Shown here: one piece after another, positions 38,134 through 49,020 of the stretch
Position numbering within the stretch: position 1 is the first letter of the stretch
Layout: the number at the start of each line of letters is the position of its first letter
Source: an uncultured Verrucomicrobiae bacterium
GTDB taxonomy: Bacteria > Verrucomicrobiota > Verrucomicrobiia > Chthoniobacterales > UBA10450
Reading direction: 5' to 3'
DNA: 64,000 nt
Assembly: GCA_963815455.1 (NCBI GenBank)
Contig: CAWFGO010000001.1
Location: forward strand, 1,120,001 to 1,184,000
Notes under the pieces: model-generated
Told to the model about the DNA's origin: nothing
What the model saw: the letters and a program-made list of their open reading frames with translations, nothing else
The model's database searches: none
Program-made: the position numbers and the translations under genes

Positions 38134-38291
38134 ACGCAATGATGCAATTTCTGGGGAGGGCAGGCTGCCAGCCTGCAGCGTTTGGCAGCCTGCCGAACGC
38201 ATCCGCGTGCGATTTATCGTCAATTAAGATCCCAGGTTGGCGGCAAGCTGCCGCCAACTACAGGCTAGCAGCCTGTGCTCCCCAGATATGA
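38130..38291 (+). CDS. Putative 53-aa repeat-encoded bridging mini-ORF
   Basis: ATG overlaps the pyrR TGA; its TGA overlaps the pyrB ATG; open across the whole element. Expression unproven. Confidence 0.5.
   Translation: MNAMMQFLGRAGCQPAAFGSLPNASACDLSSIKIPGWRQAAANYRLAACAPQI
38151..38285. repeat. 135-bp inverted-repeat element, copy 1
   Basis: CTGGGGAGGGCAGGCTGCCAGCCTGCAG...CTACAGGCTAGCAGCCTGTGCTCCCCAG. Confidence 0.92.
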
Positions 38292-39217
38292 CTACCCGGT
38301 GGATACGAAAAGATCTTCTCGGGCTGCGCGAACTTTCCGCAAACGAAATCAACTTCATTCTCGAGACAGCCGACGCGTTTAAACAAGTCGGCACCCGCGA
38401 AATCAAGAAAGTTCCGGCGTTGCGCGGCAAGACTTTGGTTAACTTTTTTGTCGAACCAAGTACGCGGACGCGCATTTCTTTCGAACTGGCGGCGCTGCGC
38501 CTGAGCGCGGACGTCATCAATATCTCGGCGGCCACTTCCAGTCTCACCAAGGGCGAAACGCTCAAGGACACGGCGCGAAACCTCGAGGCGCTGCACACCG
38601 ATATCCTGGTACTGCGCCACGGCTCCGCGGGCGCGCCGCAATTTCTGGCAACTCGTCTCAAGACCAGCGTGATCAACGCCGGGGACGGCGCCCACGAGCA
38701 TCCGACCCAGGCATTGCTCGATCTTTACACCATTCGGCAAAAACGAGGGAAAATCGCCGGACTGCATGTCGTTATCATCGGGGACATCCTGTTTAGCCGC
38801 GTGGCACGCTCAAACATTTTCGGGCTGCTCAAACTCGGGGCCCGCGTCACTCTGGTCGGGCCGAGCACTCTGGTACCGCGCGAATTCGAAAAACTTGGCG
38901 TCACCATTTCGCACAACATTGACGACGTCCTGCCCGGCGCCGACGTGGTGAATCTTCTGCGCATTCAGCACGAGCGGCAACGAAAGGAATATTTTCCCGG
39001 CATCGGCGAATACCGGAGCCTTTTTGGACTAACAAAAGACCGCGCGAAAGTCCTAAAGCCGGACTGCTTGATCATGCACCCCGGGCCGATCAATCGCGGC
39101 GTCGAGATCGACAGCGATGTCGCCGACGGCCCGCAAAGCGTCATTCTCGATCAGGTCACCAATGGCCTCGCCGTGCGCATGGCCGTTCTTTATTTGTGCG
39201 GAGGGATCGCCACGTGA
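38288..39217 (+). CDS. pyrB: Aspartate carbamoyltransferase catalytic subunit
   Basis: [33 protein letters not shown]. Confidence 0.96.
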   Translation: MTTRWIRKDLLGLRELSANEINFILETADAFKQVGTREIKKVPALRGKTLVNFFVEPSTRTRISFELAALRLSADVINISAATSSLTKGETLKDTARNLEALHTDILVLRHGSAGAPQFLATRLKTSVINAGDGAHEHPTQALLDLYTIRQKRGKIAGLHVVIIGDILFSRVARSNIFGLLKLGARVTLVGPSTLVPREFEKLGVTISHNIDDVLPGADVVNLLRIQHERQRKEYFPGIGEYRSLFGLTKDRAKVLKPDCLIMHPGPINRGVEIDSDVADGPQSVILDQVTNGLAVRMAVLYLCGGIAT

Positions 39218-39381
39218 GCGCGCCGCGGATCGTTCTCTCGCTGGGGAGCGCAGGCTGCGAGCCTGCAGCGTTTGGCAGCTTACCAAACGCATTTGGGCGC
39301 GAGCGAGCGCAGAAAAGACGAAGATGTTCGCGGCAGGCTGCCGCGAACTACAGGCTAGCAGCCTGTGCTCCCCAGACATGA
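39214..39381 (+). CDS. Putative 55-aa repeat-encoded bridging mini-ORF
   Basis: GTG overlaps the pyrB TGA; its TGA overlaps the pyrC ATG. Expression unproven. Confidence 0.5.
   Translation: MSAPRIVLSLGSAGCEPAAFGSLPNAFGRERAQKRRRCSRQAAANYRLAACAPQT
39241..39375. repeat. 135-bp inverted-repeat element, copy 2
   Basis: CTGGGGAGCGCAGGCTGCGAGCCTGCAG...CTACAGGCTAGCAGCCTGTGCTCCCCAG. Confidence 0.92.
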
Positions 39382-40661
39382 CGACCACGATCATTCGTAA
39401 CGGCCGCATCATCGATCCCGCGAACAAACGGGATGAAGTTGCCGATCTTGCAATTGTCGACGGGCGCATCGTCGACGTCTCTCAACTCTCAACCCTCAAC
39501 TCTCAACCCGAAGAGATTGACGCCACCAATCTCATCGTCTCCCCCGGGTTGATCGACATGCACGTGCATCTACGGGAACCGGGATTTTCACATAAGGAAA
39601 CCATTGGCTCCGGCGCGCGCGCCGCAGCAGCCGGCGGGTTTACCACGATTGTCTGCATGCCGAACACGTCGCCGGCGGCGGACAACCCGAGCACAATTGC
39701 CTGGATCAAGGATCGCGCTGCGGAAACGGCATGCGTGAATTTATTGCCGGCGGGAGCGATTTCAAAAAACCTCGCTGGCGAAGAACTGGCCCCGATCGGT
39801 GCGCTGGCGCGCTCCGGCGTGGTGGCAATCACCGACGATGGTCATTGCATCCAAAATCCGGAATTGATGCGACGCGCAGTCGAGTATGCGCGCATGGTTG
39901 GTCTGCCAGTGCTGGATCATTGCCAGGATTACAATCTCGTCGGCAACGGTGTGGTAAACGAAGGTTACTGGAGCACGCTGCTCGGTTTGCCAGGCTGGCC
40001 GGCAGCGGGCGAGGAAACAATCGTGACGCGCAACATTCTGCTGGCAGAAGCGTGCGATCATCACATTCATTGCCAGCACATCAGCGCGGCGGGCAGTGTG
40101 CGTTTGATTCGCGAGGCGAGGGCGCGTGGCGTCAAGATCAGCGGCGAAGTTTGCCCGCATCACATCGCGCTGACCGACAAAGCGATCGAAAACTTTGACG
40201 CGAATTACAAGACGAACCCGCCGTTGCGATCGCAAGCCGATGTCGATGCGATTCTCGAAGGAATCGCCGACGACACGTTGTCGATCTTATGTTCCGATCA
40301 CGCGCCCCACGCGGGCTTCGAGAAAGAAGTGGAGTTCGATGCGGCCCCATTCGGCATCGTCGGACTCGAAACCGAGCTGGGACTATTCATCGATTTGCTC
40401 GTGCACAAACATCGCAAGATCGACATCGGCCGCTTGATCGAGATGTACACCATCGAGCCGGCCAAGTTGCTAAAAATCGAGGCCGGGACGCTGTCGATTG
40501 GCGCACGGGCCGATGTCACATTGATCGATCCCGATCTGGAATGGACGGTCCGGATCGACAAGTTCGAATCAGCCTCGCGCAATTCACCCTTCGATGGGTG
40601 GAAACTAAAAGGTCGCGCGGTGCGGACAATTGTGGGCGGAGAGACGGTCTGGAAATTGTAG
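39378..40661 (+). CDS. pyrC: Dihydroorotase
   Basis: PGLIDMHVHLREPG, CMPNT, KTNPPLR, SDHAPH, RNSPF. Confidence 0.95.
   Translation: MTTTIIRNGRIIDPANKRDEVADLAIVDGRIVDVSQLSTLNSQPEEIDATNLIVSPGLIDMHVHLREPGFSHKETIGSGARAAAAGGFTTIVCMPNTSPAADNPSTIAWIKDRAAETACVNLLPAGAISKNLAGEELAPIGALARSGVVAITDDGHCIQNPELMRRAVEYARMVGLPVLDHCQDYNLVGNGVVNEGYWSTLLGLPGWPAAGEETIVTRNILLAEACDHHIHCQHISAAGSVRLIREARARGVKISGEVCPHHIALTDKAIENFDANYKTNPPLRSQADVDAILEGIADDTLSILCSDHAPHAGFEKEVEFDAAPFGIVGLETELGLFIDLLVHKHRKIDIGRLIEMYTIEPAKLLKIEAGTLSIGARADVTLIDPDLEWTVRIDKFESASRNSPFDGWKLKGRAVRTIVGGETVWKL
39480..39507 (+). repeat. 4 x 7-bp tandem repeat (TCTCAAC) within pyrC
   Basis: tctcaac tctcaac cctcaac tctcaac, encoding SQLSTLNSQP. Confidence 0.85.
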
Positions 40662-40774
40662 CGGCGGTCTCTGACCGTCGGTCATTCTGAGCCGGAGCGT
40701 AGCGGAGTCGAAGAATCCCGAGATGATAGCTTAAAGTGTGCGCCACGGGATCCCTCGACTCCGCTCGGGATGAC
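40658..40774. repeat. GTAG hairpin supplying the pyrC stop, abutting a GTCAT...ATGAC palindromic element
   Basis: GTAG-CGGCGGTC-TCT-GACCGTCG, then 40681-40774 related to 747-829. Confidence 0.85.
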
Positions 40775-40787
40775 GAGGCGAACGAAA

Positions 40788-41237
40788 CTACCCGGTGAAT
40801 CCGCCGTGGATATAACTTTCCAGGTGGGCGATGGCCGCGCTTTGGCAGGAAATCACGTGCTTCACCAAATCGCCGATCGAAATTACGCCAACGACTCGAT
40901 CGCCATCGAGCACCGGTAAATGGCGAATGTGTCTGTCGGTCATGAGCCGGAGACATTCATCTACGCCTTCATTCGGATGGGTCGTGAAGACATCAGTCGA
41001 CATGATCTCGGCAACGTGCGTTTCGCGTGAGCGTTTTCCTCGCAAAATCACTTTCCGCGTGTAATCGCGCTCGGAAATGATCCCAACCAATCGTTCGCCT
41101 TCCATCACCAGAAGCGCGCCGACATTCCGGCCGTCCATCATCTCGATCGCTTCGAGCACAGTCGAATCAGGCGAGATCGAAAAAACGTTGCCGTCTTTTT
41201 GATTCAAAATCCCGCCGATATGTCCGCTTACGTCCAT
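40788..41237 (-). CDS. CBS domain pair protein
   Basis: VGALLV, GIISERDY, IRHLPV, SIGDLVK. Confidence 0.92.
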   Translation of the reverse strand: MDVSGHIGGILNQKDGNVFSISPDSTVLEAIEMMDGRNVGALLVMEGERLVGIISERDYTRKVILRGKRSRETHVAEIMSTDVFTTHPNEGVDECLRLMTDRHIRHLPVLDGDRVVGVISIGDLVKHVISCQSAAIAHLESYIHGGFTG

Positions 41238-41344
41238 AATTGGATTAGCCGGAAATCCAAAATAGGCCAACACCGCCGCGCGATGCAATCCAATTCTGAC
41301 GCCGGCCGCAACGGAAAATCAGCACCCTCCGCGGCGCCGCTGCC

Positions 41345-42670
41345 TCAGCGACGCGGCGCGAACTTCCCTTCAATTAATCGATGCAAATGCGCTGCGATGG
41401 CGGGGTGATTAAGGCGCTGGATCACTTCATCCAGGAACCCGGTGACGAGGAGGCGTTGGGCGACTGGAACTGGAATACCCCGGCTGCGAAGATAGAAGAG
41501 TTCGTCTTCGTCGATCTGGCCAGAAGTGGCCCCGTGGGTGCAACGGACGTTATCGGCCAGAATTTCCAGGCCGGGCATTGAGTTGGCTTCGGCATCGTCG
41601 CTCAAAAGAAGGTTGCGAACTTTTTGATAGGCGTCGGTGAAATGAGCGTGGGGTTCGACCCGGATGAGGCCGCCAAATGTGCAGCGGGCGCGATCGTCCA
41701 GCGCGTTCTTGTAAAGAAGATCACTGGCAGTGTGCGGCGAGATGTGGTCCTGCAACGTGCGAGCATCGAATTCCTGCTCGGCGGTCGCGACGGCGACGGC
41801 GAGCAGGTCGCTGCGCGCGCCTTCGCCAATGAGCCGGCTCAGGCTCTCGAACCGCGAATATCTCGAACCGAGATTGAGATTCAAGCTCATGGCCGAGCCG
41901 TCGTGATCGACGGTGGTCGTGTTCATTTGCAATGCGCGCACGTTGTCGCCCCAGGTTTGGGCGCAAACGTAGGTGATCTTCGCGCCTGGCCCGGCGATCA
42001 GATCGTTCACTCCGCAAGCGAACCCGGCCGCTTGCCGATCGCACGACCGGAAATGCTCTACGACGGTGACCTTGGCCAATTCGTCGGTGACAAGCAACAG
42101 ATGCGGAAATACGGACACGCCTTGACCGCGCAACCAATGAAAGATTTCGATCGGGAGTTCGATCTCAACGCCGCGCGGCACGAAAAGGAAGGTGCCGTTC
42201 GATACCAGGGCCCGGTGTAGCGCGGCGAACCTGGCCGAGCCAAGAACCGCCGGTTGCGACATAAAATGTTTCTGGAACAGATCGGCATGCTCGATGATTG
42301 CGCGTTCGAGCGGTTGAAAGATCACGCCGCGCTTTTTCAGATCGTCTGAAACGATTTCGCGCTCGATCAGTTGATCGTTCGCGAAAATCAGGCGGGCGGC
42401 GAATTTGTCGAGCCCGACCGAGTACTTCAGGACGTTCTTTCGATCGTCATCTGAAAGCGGCCCGCCGAACTGGAATGGCGATAGATCGAGAAGATCGACA
42501 TTGGAAAAGCGCCAGAGCTGGTCCTTACGCGTTGGCGACGGCAACGCTTCGAATTCCTTCCATGCTTCGCGTTGCTGATCGCGAAACCAGTCGGGAAATT
42601 CGCGCGACTCGGCCGGGCCGGAGAGGATCGATCCGGGTTTCGCTATTTCAGGATGGGCTACAGACGGCAT
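41345..42670 (-). CDS. sufD: Fe-S cluster assembly protein SufD
   Basis: PGLEILADNVRCTHGAT, LFYLRSRGI. Confidence 0.92.
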   Translation of the reverse strand: MPSVAHPEIAKPGSILSGPAESREFPDWFRDQQREAWKEFEALPSPTRKDQLWRFSNVDLLDLSPFQFGGPLSDDDRKNVLKYSVGLDKFAARLIFANDQLIEREIVSDDLKKRGVIFQPLERAIIEHADLFQKHFMSQPAVLGSARFAALHRALVSNGTFLFVPRGVEIELPIEIFHWLRGQGVSVFPHLLLVTDELAKVTVVEHFRSCDRQAAGFACGVNDLIAGPGAKITYVCAQTWGDNVRALQMNTTTVDHDGSAMSLNLNLGSRYSRFESLSRLIGEGARSDLLAVAVATAEQEFDARTLQDHISPHTASDLLYKNALDDRARCTFGGLIRVEPHAHFTDAYQKVRNLLLSDDAEANSMPGLEILADNVRCTHGATSGQIDEDELFYLRSRGIPVPVAQRLLVTGFLDEVIQRLNHPAIAAHLHRLIEGKFAPRR

Positions 42671-42681
42671 GTTTTTGGCAG

Positions 42682-42709
42682 TGCGACCCCGAATGCTTTC
42701 GGGGCCGCA
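42682..42709. repeat. Short hairpin between sufB and sufD
   Basis: TGCGACCCCGAA-TGCT-TTCGGGGCCGCA. Confidence 0.65.
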
Positions 42710-42728
42710 ACAGAAGAATCGTCGCTAA

Positions 42729-44144
<1,416 letters not shown>

Positions 44145-44158
44145 GGTGGGTTCTCCTC

Positions 44159-44929
44159 CTATCTGCTCAACGCCATATCGCCGGCCGATTCTCGGGCCCA
44201 ATCGTAACCGCGTTCTTCGAGTTCGAGAGCGAGCTCCTTGCGACCGCTCCTGACTATTCGCCCCGCGACCATCACGTGAACGTGATCGGGCACGATGTAA
44301 TTCAGGAGGCGCTGATAATGCGTAATCAAAAGTATTCCAAGTTCGGGGCCGCGCAAAGAGTTCACCCCGTGGGCGACGGTCTTGAGCGCGTCGATGTCGA
44401 GACCACTATCGGTTTCGTCGAGAACAGCGTATTTCGGTTCCAGCATCGCCATCTGCAAAATTTCGGTCCGCTTTTTTTCGCCGCCGGAAAAGCCTTCATT
44501 GACCGAGCGCGAGGTGAACGAGCGATCCATGCCGAGCAGCTCCATCTTTTCGTAAAGCTTCGCGTAATAATCCGTCGCCTCGAGCTCCTCGCCTTCGGGC
44601 AGGCGCGACTGCAACGCCGCGCGCAGAAAATTCGCGATCGTCACGCCAGAAACCTCGCTTGGATACTGGAATGCCAGGAACAGCCCGCGCCGGGCGCGAT
44701 CGTCGGGCTCGAGTTCGAGCAAATTCTCGCCGTCCATCGTGACCTTGCCCGCGGTGACTTTGTAATCGGGGTGCCCGGCCAGCACCTTGGCCAGAGTGCT
44801 CTTGCCCGAACCATTCGGCCCCATGATCGCGTGGACCTCCCCCTTCGGCACAGTCAGACTTAGTCCGCGGACGATTTTCTGGTCGGCGATCTCCACGTGC
44901 AGGTTTTCAATGGTGAGTTCCTTATTCAT
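44159..44929 (-). CDS. sufC: Fe-S cluster assembly ATPase SufC
   Basis: [37 protein letters not shown]. Confidence 0.96.
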   Translation of the reverse strand: MNKELTIENLHVEIADQKIVRGLSLTVPKGEVHAIMGPNGSGKSTLAKVLAGHPDYKVTAGKVTMDGENLLELEPDDRARRGLFLAFQYPSEVSGVTIANFLRAALQSRLPEGEELEATDYYAKLYEKMELLGMDRSFTSRSVNEGFSGGEKKRTEILQMAMLEPKYAVLDETDSGLDIDALKTVAHGVNSLRGPELGILLITHYQRLLNYIVPDHVHVMVAGRIVRSGRKELALELEERGYDWARESAGDMALSR

Positions 44930-45208
44930 CGGGAACAGAAAACATACTCCAATCGCGGCCCTTGGCGAATACCGATTCGGCAAAGAGCACGCAGGGGGAA
45001 TTTGCGGGAATTTGCAAGTCCCGAGAAGAAACTGCGACGATTTGGCGCACCCCGGAGCATTGTTAACATCGACAACCCGTTAGGCGCGAGAGCGACCCGT
45101 TAACGAAACCAGGGAAGCATTCGGTGTCTGATAAGACTGCTACTTTTCGCTTGTTAGGGACGGCGGCGGCACCCGGCTTGCTCTAGCTACGACGCAAATA
45201 TTAGAGCT

Positions 45209-45931
45209 ATGCCGCCTCAAGATCATGAACCGAACATGAACGCGGAATCGACGATTCCGCTGCCCGACTCAGTCGTGAAGGCGACCAGCGAGCTGAACAA
45301 TTTACTGCAGATTATTTCCGGCACGACCTCGCTGCTCGACCAATCCTGCAAGGGCAACGAGAATTCGGCAAAATATCTTTCGATGTTGCACGCCAGTGTC
45401 CTGCGCGCGGAGAAAGTGGCGGCCGAACTGGTCCGCCGAGCGGGCGGACCGGAGGAAAAAGTGCTGATGAATCCCGACTCTTCGGCGTTTGGCAAAAAGA
45501 CCAAGCCGCAGCCGGCGGGAAAGAAGACATCCGTTCTTCTGGTAGACGACGAGCAAATGACCCTGGCCCTGGTGGCCAGGATACTGGGCGAAGCGGGGTA
45601 TCAGGTCACGACTGCACAATCCGGGTTTGAGTGTTTGGATCACGTCCGGCGCCGTCCCTACGAATTCGATTTGATCCTGCTCGATCTCACCATGCCTTTC
45701 ATGGACGGTGAGGAAACCTTCAACCGACTGCGCGAACTTCGGCCCGACGTGGCGGTGTTGATGTGTACCGGTTTTATTCAGCAGGAAAGATTAGAGCGGC
45801 TCATGGCTACGGGGCTTGCCGGTTTTCTGCGAAAGCCATTGTCGCCGGACGAAATCGTCGACCATGTGCGCTCGACTCTGGCCCGCGTAAAATATTCCCG
45901 GGACAGCAGTGGTATCCCGGCGAGTGCCTAA
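45209..45931 (+). CDS. Response regulator with a degenerate HisKA-like N-terminus
   Basis: TSELNNLLQIISG (H-box without His); receiver LVDDE, LDLTMP, CTG, FLRKP. Confidence 0.85.
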   Translation: MPPQDHEPNMNAESTIPLPDSVVKATSELNNLLQIISGTTSLLDQSCKGNENSAKYLSMLHASVLRAEKVAAELVRRAGGPEEKVLMNPDSSAFGKKTKPQPAGKKTSVLLVDDEQMTLALVARILGEAGYQVTTAQSGFECLDHVRRRPYEFDLILLDLTMPFMDGEETFNRLRELRPDVAVLMCTGFIQQERLERLMATGLAGFLRKPLSPDEIVDHVRSTLARVKYSRDSSGIPASA

Positions 45932-45982
45932 ACGCTCCGCCGACTGCTGGTCTCTTATTGCCAGGAAGTTGGAGTCTGGGAT

Positions 45983-47959
45983 TTAATTGTTTGGCAGGCT
46001 AACCGCCGCTCGTTCGCCCACTGCGTCTGAGCAGCCGGCCTCCATCTGTGTTTCGCTAGCTGAACAGGAGATGGCGTAAACCTCGATCATTTCCTTTACA
46101 CCAGGAAGATCGACAAATCCTAGCGAGCGCAAGCCTGACCGGCCGCTGGTCACGGCTTGTACGTTTTCACTGACAATAAAATCGCATCCCAGCTCCTTGG
46201 TCAGTTCCTGGAGTTTCCAGGACACGTTTACGGCGTCGCCGATAACGGTGAATTCCATGCGCTCGGGCGATCCGACATTGCCGACTACGACCTCGCCATG
46301 ATGAATCGCGATGCCAGCGCGCAGTTGCGGCCATCCTCGGGCCAACCACTTCTTGTTTAAAGCGGCCAATTCCGTTTGCATCGCCAGACCGGCCTGCACC
46401 GCATGGTCGGCGTCGCGGGCCACGCCCTGGCTATGGATATTTCCCCAGACAGCCATGACGGCGTCGCCGATAAACTTGTCGAGTGTGCCGCCGAATCGAA
46501 AGACGCACTTGACCATGGCGCCGAGATATTCGTTCAGCTGATTGACGACCTCATGCGGGTTGCTTGTCGCGCTGATGAGGGAATAGCCCCGGATGTCGGA
46601 GAAGAGAATGGTGACCGGCTTGATTGAACCCCCTAACGACTCGGTATAATGTTTGGGGTCATCTAACATTTCGTGCACGACGTCGCGGGAAACGTAGCGC
46701 TCCAAAGTTCGCCGGAGCCGGCTTTTGTCGAGGCGCTCCACCGTGAAGTCGGCCACCAAACCCAGCAGCGCGGTGGCGTTCAGCTCGATCAGCGCAGGAA
46801 CCAAGGGCAGATAAATCGAAGCGTGGTTGAAAAGGTAAATCGCAGCCCAACCGGCCCCGGCATCAAGAGCGACCAAGGCAATAAGCCGGAGCCACGGAGC
46901 GGCCAGGTTCATGGACAAGGCGACAGCAAGGACTGCAGCGAAAGTGGTTAACAAGATCACCGTCCCGTAGGGCACTTCGCTGATAAATTCATTGTGCAGA
47001 GCAGCATTGATCGCGTTGAGGTGAATCTCCGGCCCGGGCATCGAACCGAACGGCGTTTCGTGTTCGTCGTGCTGCCAATTCCCTTCGGCCCCGATAATGA
47101 CAATCTTATCGCGAAAAAAGTCTCCCGAACGGTAGTTGTGCTTCCAGTATTCGGGCACGAATATCTCAAACACCGAATACGGCGGAAATCCGATCTTCGG
47201 CGGACCCGCAAACCGGATCGGCTGTGGCGTTAGTCCTCCCGGCACGGAAGATCCGTAGCCGGCTTTTTCCAAGGCGACTGTTGCCAGCGAAAGCAATCGC
47301 TCGCTCCCGGGCGCGGGGTCGTCGCCACGGACCTGCTCGAACGTGACCCGGTAGGCGACTCGACGGACCACATTATCAGCGTCAGGCCAGTAGTTGGTGA
47401 AGCCGACGCGATCGTCCAGGGGCGAGGTCTGCGGGATTAGAGATTCCGTTGGAAGGGTGTGACTGGCGCTGATTATCTCCAAACCGTTCCGGCCAGGATC
47501 GACAAAATTGCTCCCGATAACGACTTGGTCGCGATACTTATCGAGCGTTACCCGGAAGGCCGCATCGTCCTGGCTTGCCGTGGGAAAAGTCAGATCGAAA
47601 ACGACCACTTTCGCTCCAGCTCCCAGCAAGCGTTCTGTTATAAGCGCGTAGATTTCGCGGCGCCAGGGGAAGGTTTTGGTCATCAATTGAAACGCCCGCG
47701 CTTCGATGCCGGTCTGTCCGGCCAGGCCATACATCTGCCGGGCATCCATTTCGTCCTCCAGTCCCACCGAGTCGGCGTCGATGGCGAGAAAGACGAGATT
47801 GGGGTCCGGCTTGGCCAGTCGTCCGGCCCGGGTGACTCCGTCGCGATAAATATTTCGCAGCCGGATGTAAAGGAGCGGTTGGGCCCGATCAATCTCGACC
47901 ACGACAGCTCCGCACAGCACTGCCAATCCAATCATCATCCGAAGCCGCTTTGGCCACAT
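45983..47959 (-). CDS. CHASE2-domain class III adenylate cyclase
   Basis: FPWRREIYA, DADNVVRR, TPFGSMPGPEIH (CHASE2); about 3 TM helices; FSDIRGY, DKFIGDA, EFTVIGDAVN. Confidence 0.9.
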   Translation of the reverse strand: MWPKRLRMMIGLAVLCGAVVVEIDRAQPLLYIRLRNIYRDGVTRAGRLAKPDPNLVFLAIDADSVGLEDEMDARQMYGLAGQTGIEARAFQLMTKTFPWRREIYALITERLLGAGAKVVVFDLTFPTASQDDAAFRVTLDKYRDQVVIGSNFVDPGRNGLEIISASHTLPTESLIPQTSPLDDRVGFTNYWPDADNVVRRVAYRVTFEQVRGDDPAPGSERLLSLATVALEKAGYGSSVPGGLTPQPIRFAGPPKIGFPPYSVFEIFVPEYWKHNYRSGDFFRDKIVIIGAEGNWQHDEHETPFGSMPGPEIHLNAINAALHNEFISEVPYGTVILLTTFAAVLAVALSMNLAAPWLRLIALVALDAGAGWAAIYLFNHASIYLPLVPALIELNATALLGLVADFTVERLDKSRLRRTLERYVSRDVVHEMLDDPKHYTESLGGSIKPVTILFSDIRGYSLISATSNPHEVVNQLNEYLGAMVKCVFRFGGTLDKFIGDAVMAVWGNIHSQGVARDADHAVQAGLAMQTELAALNKKWLARGWPQLRAGIAIHHGEVVVGNVGSPERMEFTVIGDAVNVSWKLQELTKELGCDFIVSENVQAVTSGRSGLRSLGFVDLPGVKEMIEVYAISCSASETQMEAGCSDAVGERAAVSLPNN

Positions 47960-48030
47960 TCCATCGGACGGAAGCCGGAATTGTGCCCTACTGGAAAGGG
48001 GCGCGGCACAGCGACTGCTCAACGAATATC

Positions 48031-49020
48031 GTGTCTAAGCTTTTGCCTGTTGGAGTGTTCGGCGCGCTCTTTGGATTCCTGCCCCTCGGCCAGGGGACTG
48101 CCTCGGCCCAGACCCAAACGCCTTTGGCCATCCTAACGGCCGCCAATCTTTATGCTCAAAATACCCAGATTGAGCAGGCCCGCCTTTTCGATCGTCCGCC
48201 CGGAACGGAAAACGTTGGCGTCACCGCCGATGGCACCCCGCTTCCGGACACGGGCACAACCTCGGACGACGACAGTTTTGGCGCCCAACAAATCCTCAAA
48301 AGCCAGGAACGGGCGCGCGAATTCGTGCTCACCGGGAATGCGGCCGTGTTTTACACGAACAATGTCGCCCTGACGCCGCACTCGACCATTGACGATGCCT
48401 TCTTCGTCGCCAACGCCGGTATTGCCTGGAACAAGGCGTTAACCAGCGAGGTTCAAATGCAAATCGGGGCGGGCGCTTCGTTCTTCCGTTACTTCGATAC
48501 CACCTCCCTTGATTTTGAGAACCTGGGCGGGGGAATTGGCTTCACCTGGGCGCCCCGGAACTGGAACGGAATCGGAATGTTTGCCCGATACGATTTCGCC
48601 GAATTGCTCGATACCCACAGCAACGAAATTCTCCAGGATCATGAATTCTCACTCGGGGTGCAGAAAACGATCGTGCTCGGCCGGTCTCACGCGGTGACGC
48701 TGGGGGTCACCGGTTCGGCCGGGATATCCGATCCGTTCGCGGCCCAGCGTGACCAAATCGCCGGGTTTATCGGGTACCAGATCGCCTTGACTCGACAGCT
48801 TCAAGCCGAAGCGCTATTTCGCGCGGCCGGCAATTTCTACAACGACGATGGCCGTAACGACTACAACCAGATTCTCAGCATCGGCCTGCATTATCGGGTA
48901 ACGAATTGGGCGGAACTAAACGCGCTCTTTTCCTGGGGACTGAACCGTTCCAGTCATTCCACTTTTGATTACGACGTTCTCAACACCGGCGGAGGGGTGG
49001 GATTGACCCTGCGATTCTAA
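48031..49020 (+). CDS. Outer-membrane beta-barrel protein
   Basis: Signal peptide; YTNNVAL; alternating beta strands; ends GLTLRF; start uncertain. Confidence 0.75.
   Translation: MSKLLPVGVFGALFGFLPLGQGTASAQTQTPLAILTAANLYAQNTQIEQARLFDRPPGTENVGVTADGTPLPDTGTTSDDDSFGAQQILKSQERAREFVLTGNAAVFYTNNVALTPHSTIDDAFFVANAGIAWNKALTSEVQMQIGAGASFFRYFDTTSLDFENLGGGIGFTWAPRNWNGIGMFARYDFAELLDTHSNEILQDHEFSLGVQKTIVLGRSHAVTLGVTGSAGISDPFAAQRDQIAGFIGYQIALTRQLQAEALFRAAGNFYNDDGRNDYNQILSIGLHYRVTNWAELNALFSWGLNRSSHSTFDYDVLNTGGGVGLTLRF

Noticed and set aside
38151..39375. Intergenic hairpins as PyrR attenuators
   Set aside because: No PyrR-binding loop (ARUCCAGAGAGGYU-like) or U-tract terminator; they look like dispersed inverted-repeat elements
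38151..39375. Composite transposon carrying pyrB
   Set aside because: No transposase, and pyrB is in its normal pyrR-pyrB-pyrC context
45057..45200. Possible riboswitch or operator between sufC and the response regulator (ACCCGTTA twice, small hairpins)
   Set aside because: No match to a riboswitch consensus I can support; needs an Rfam/Infernal search
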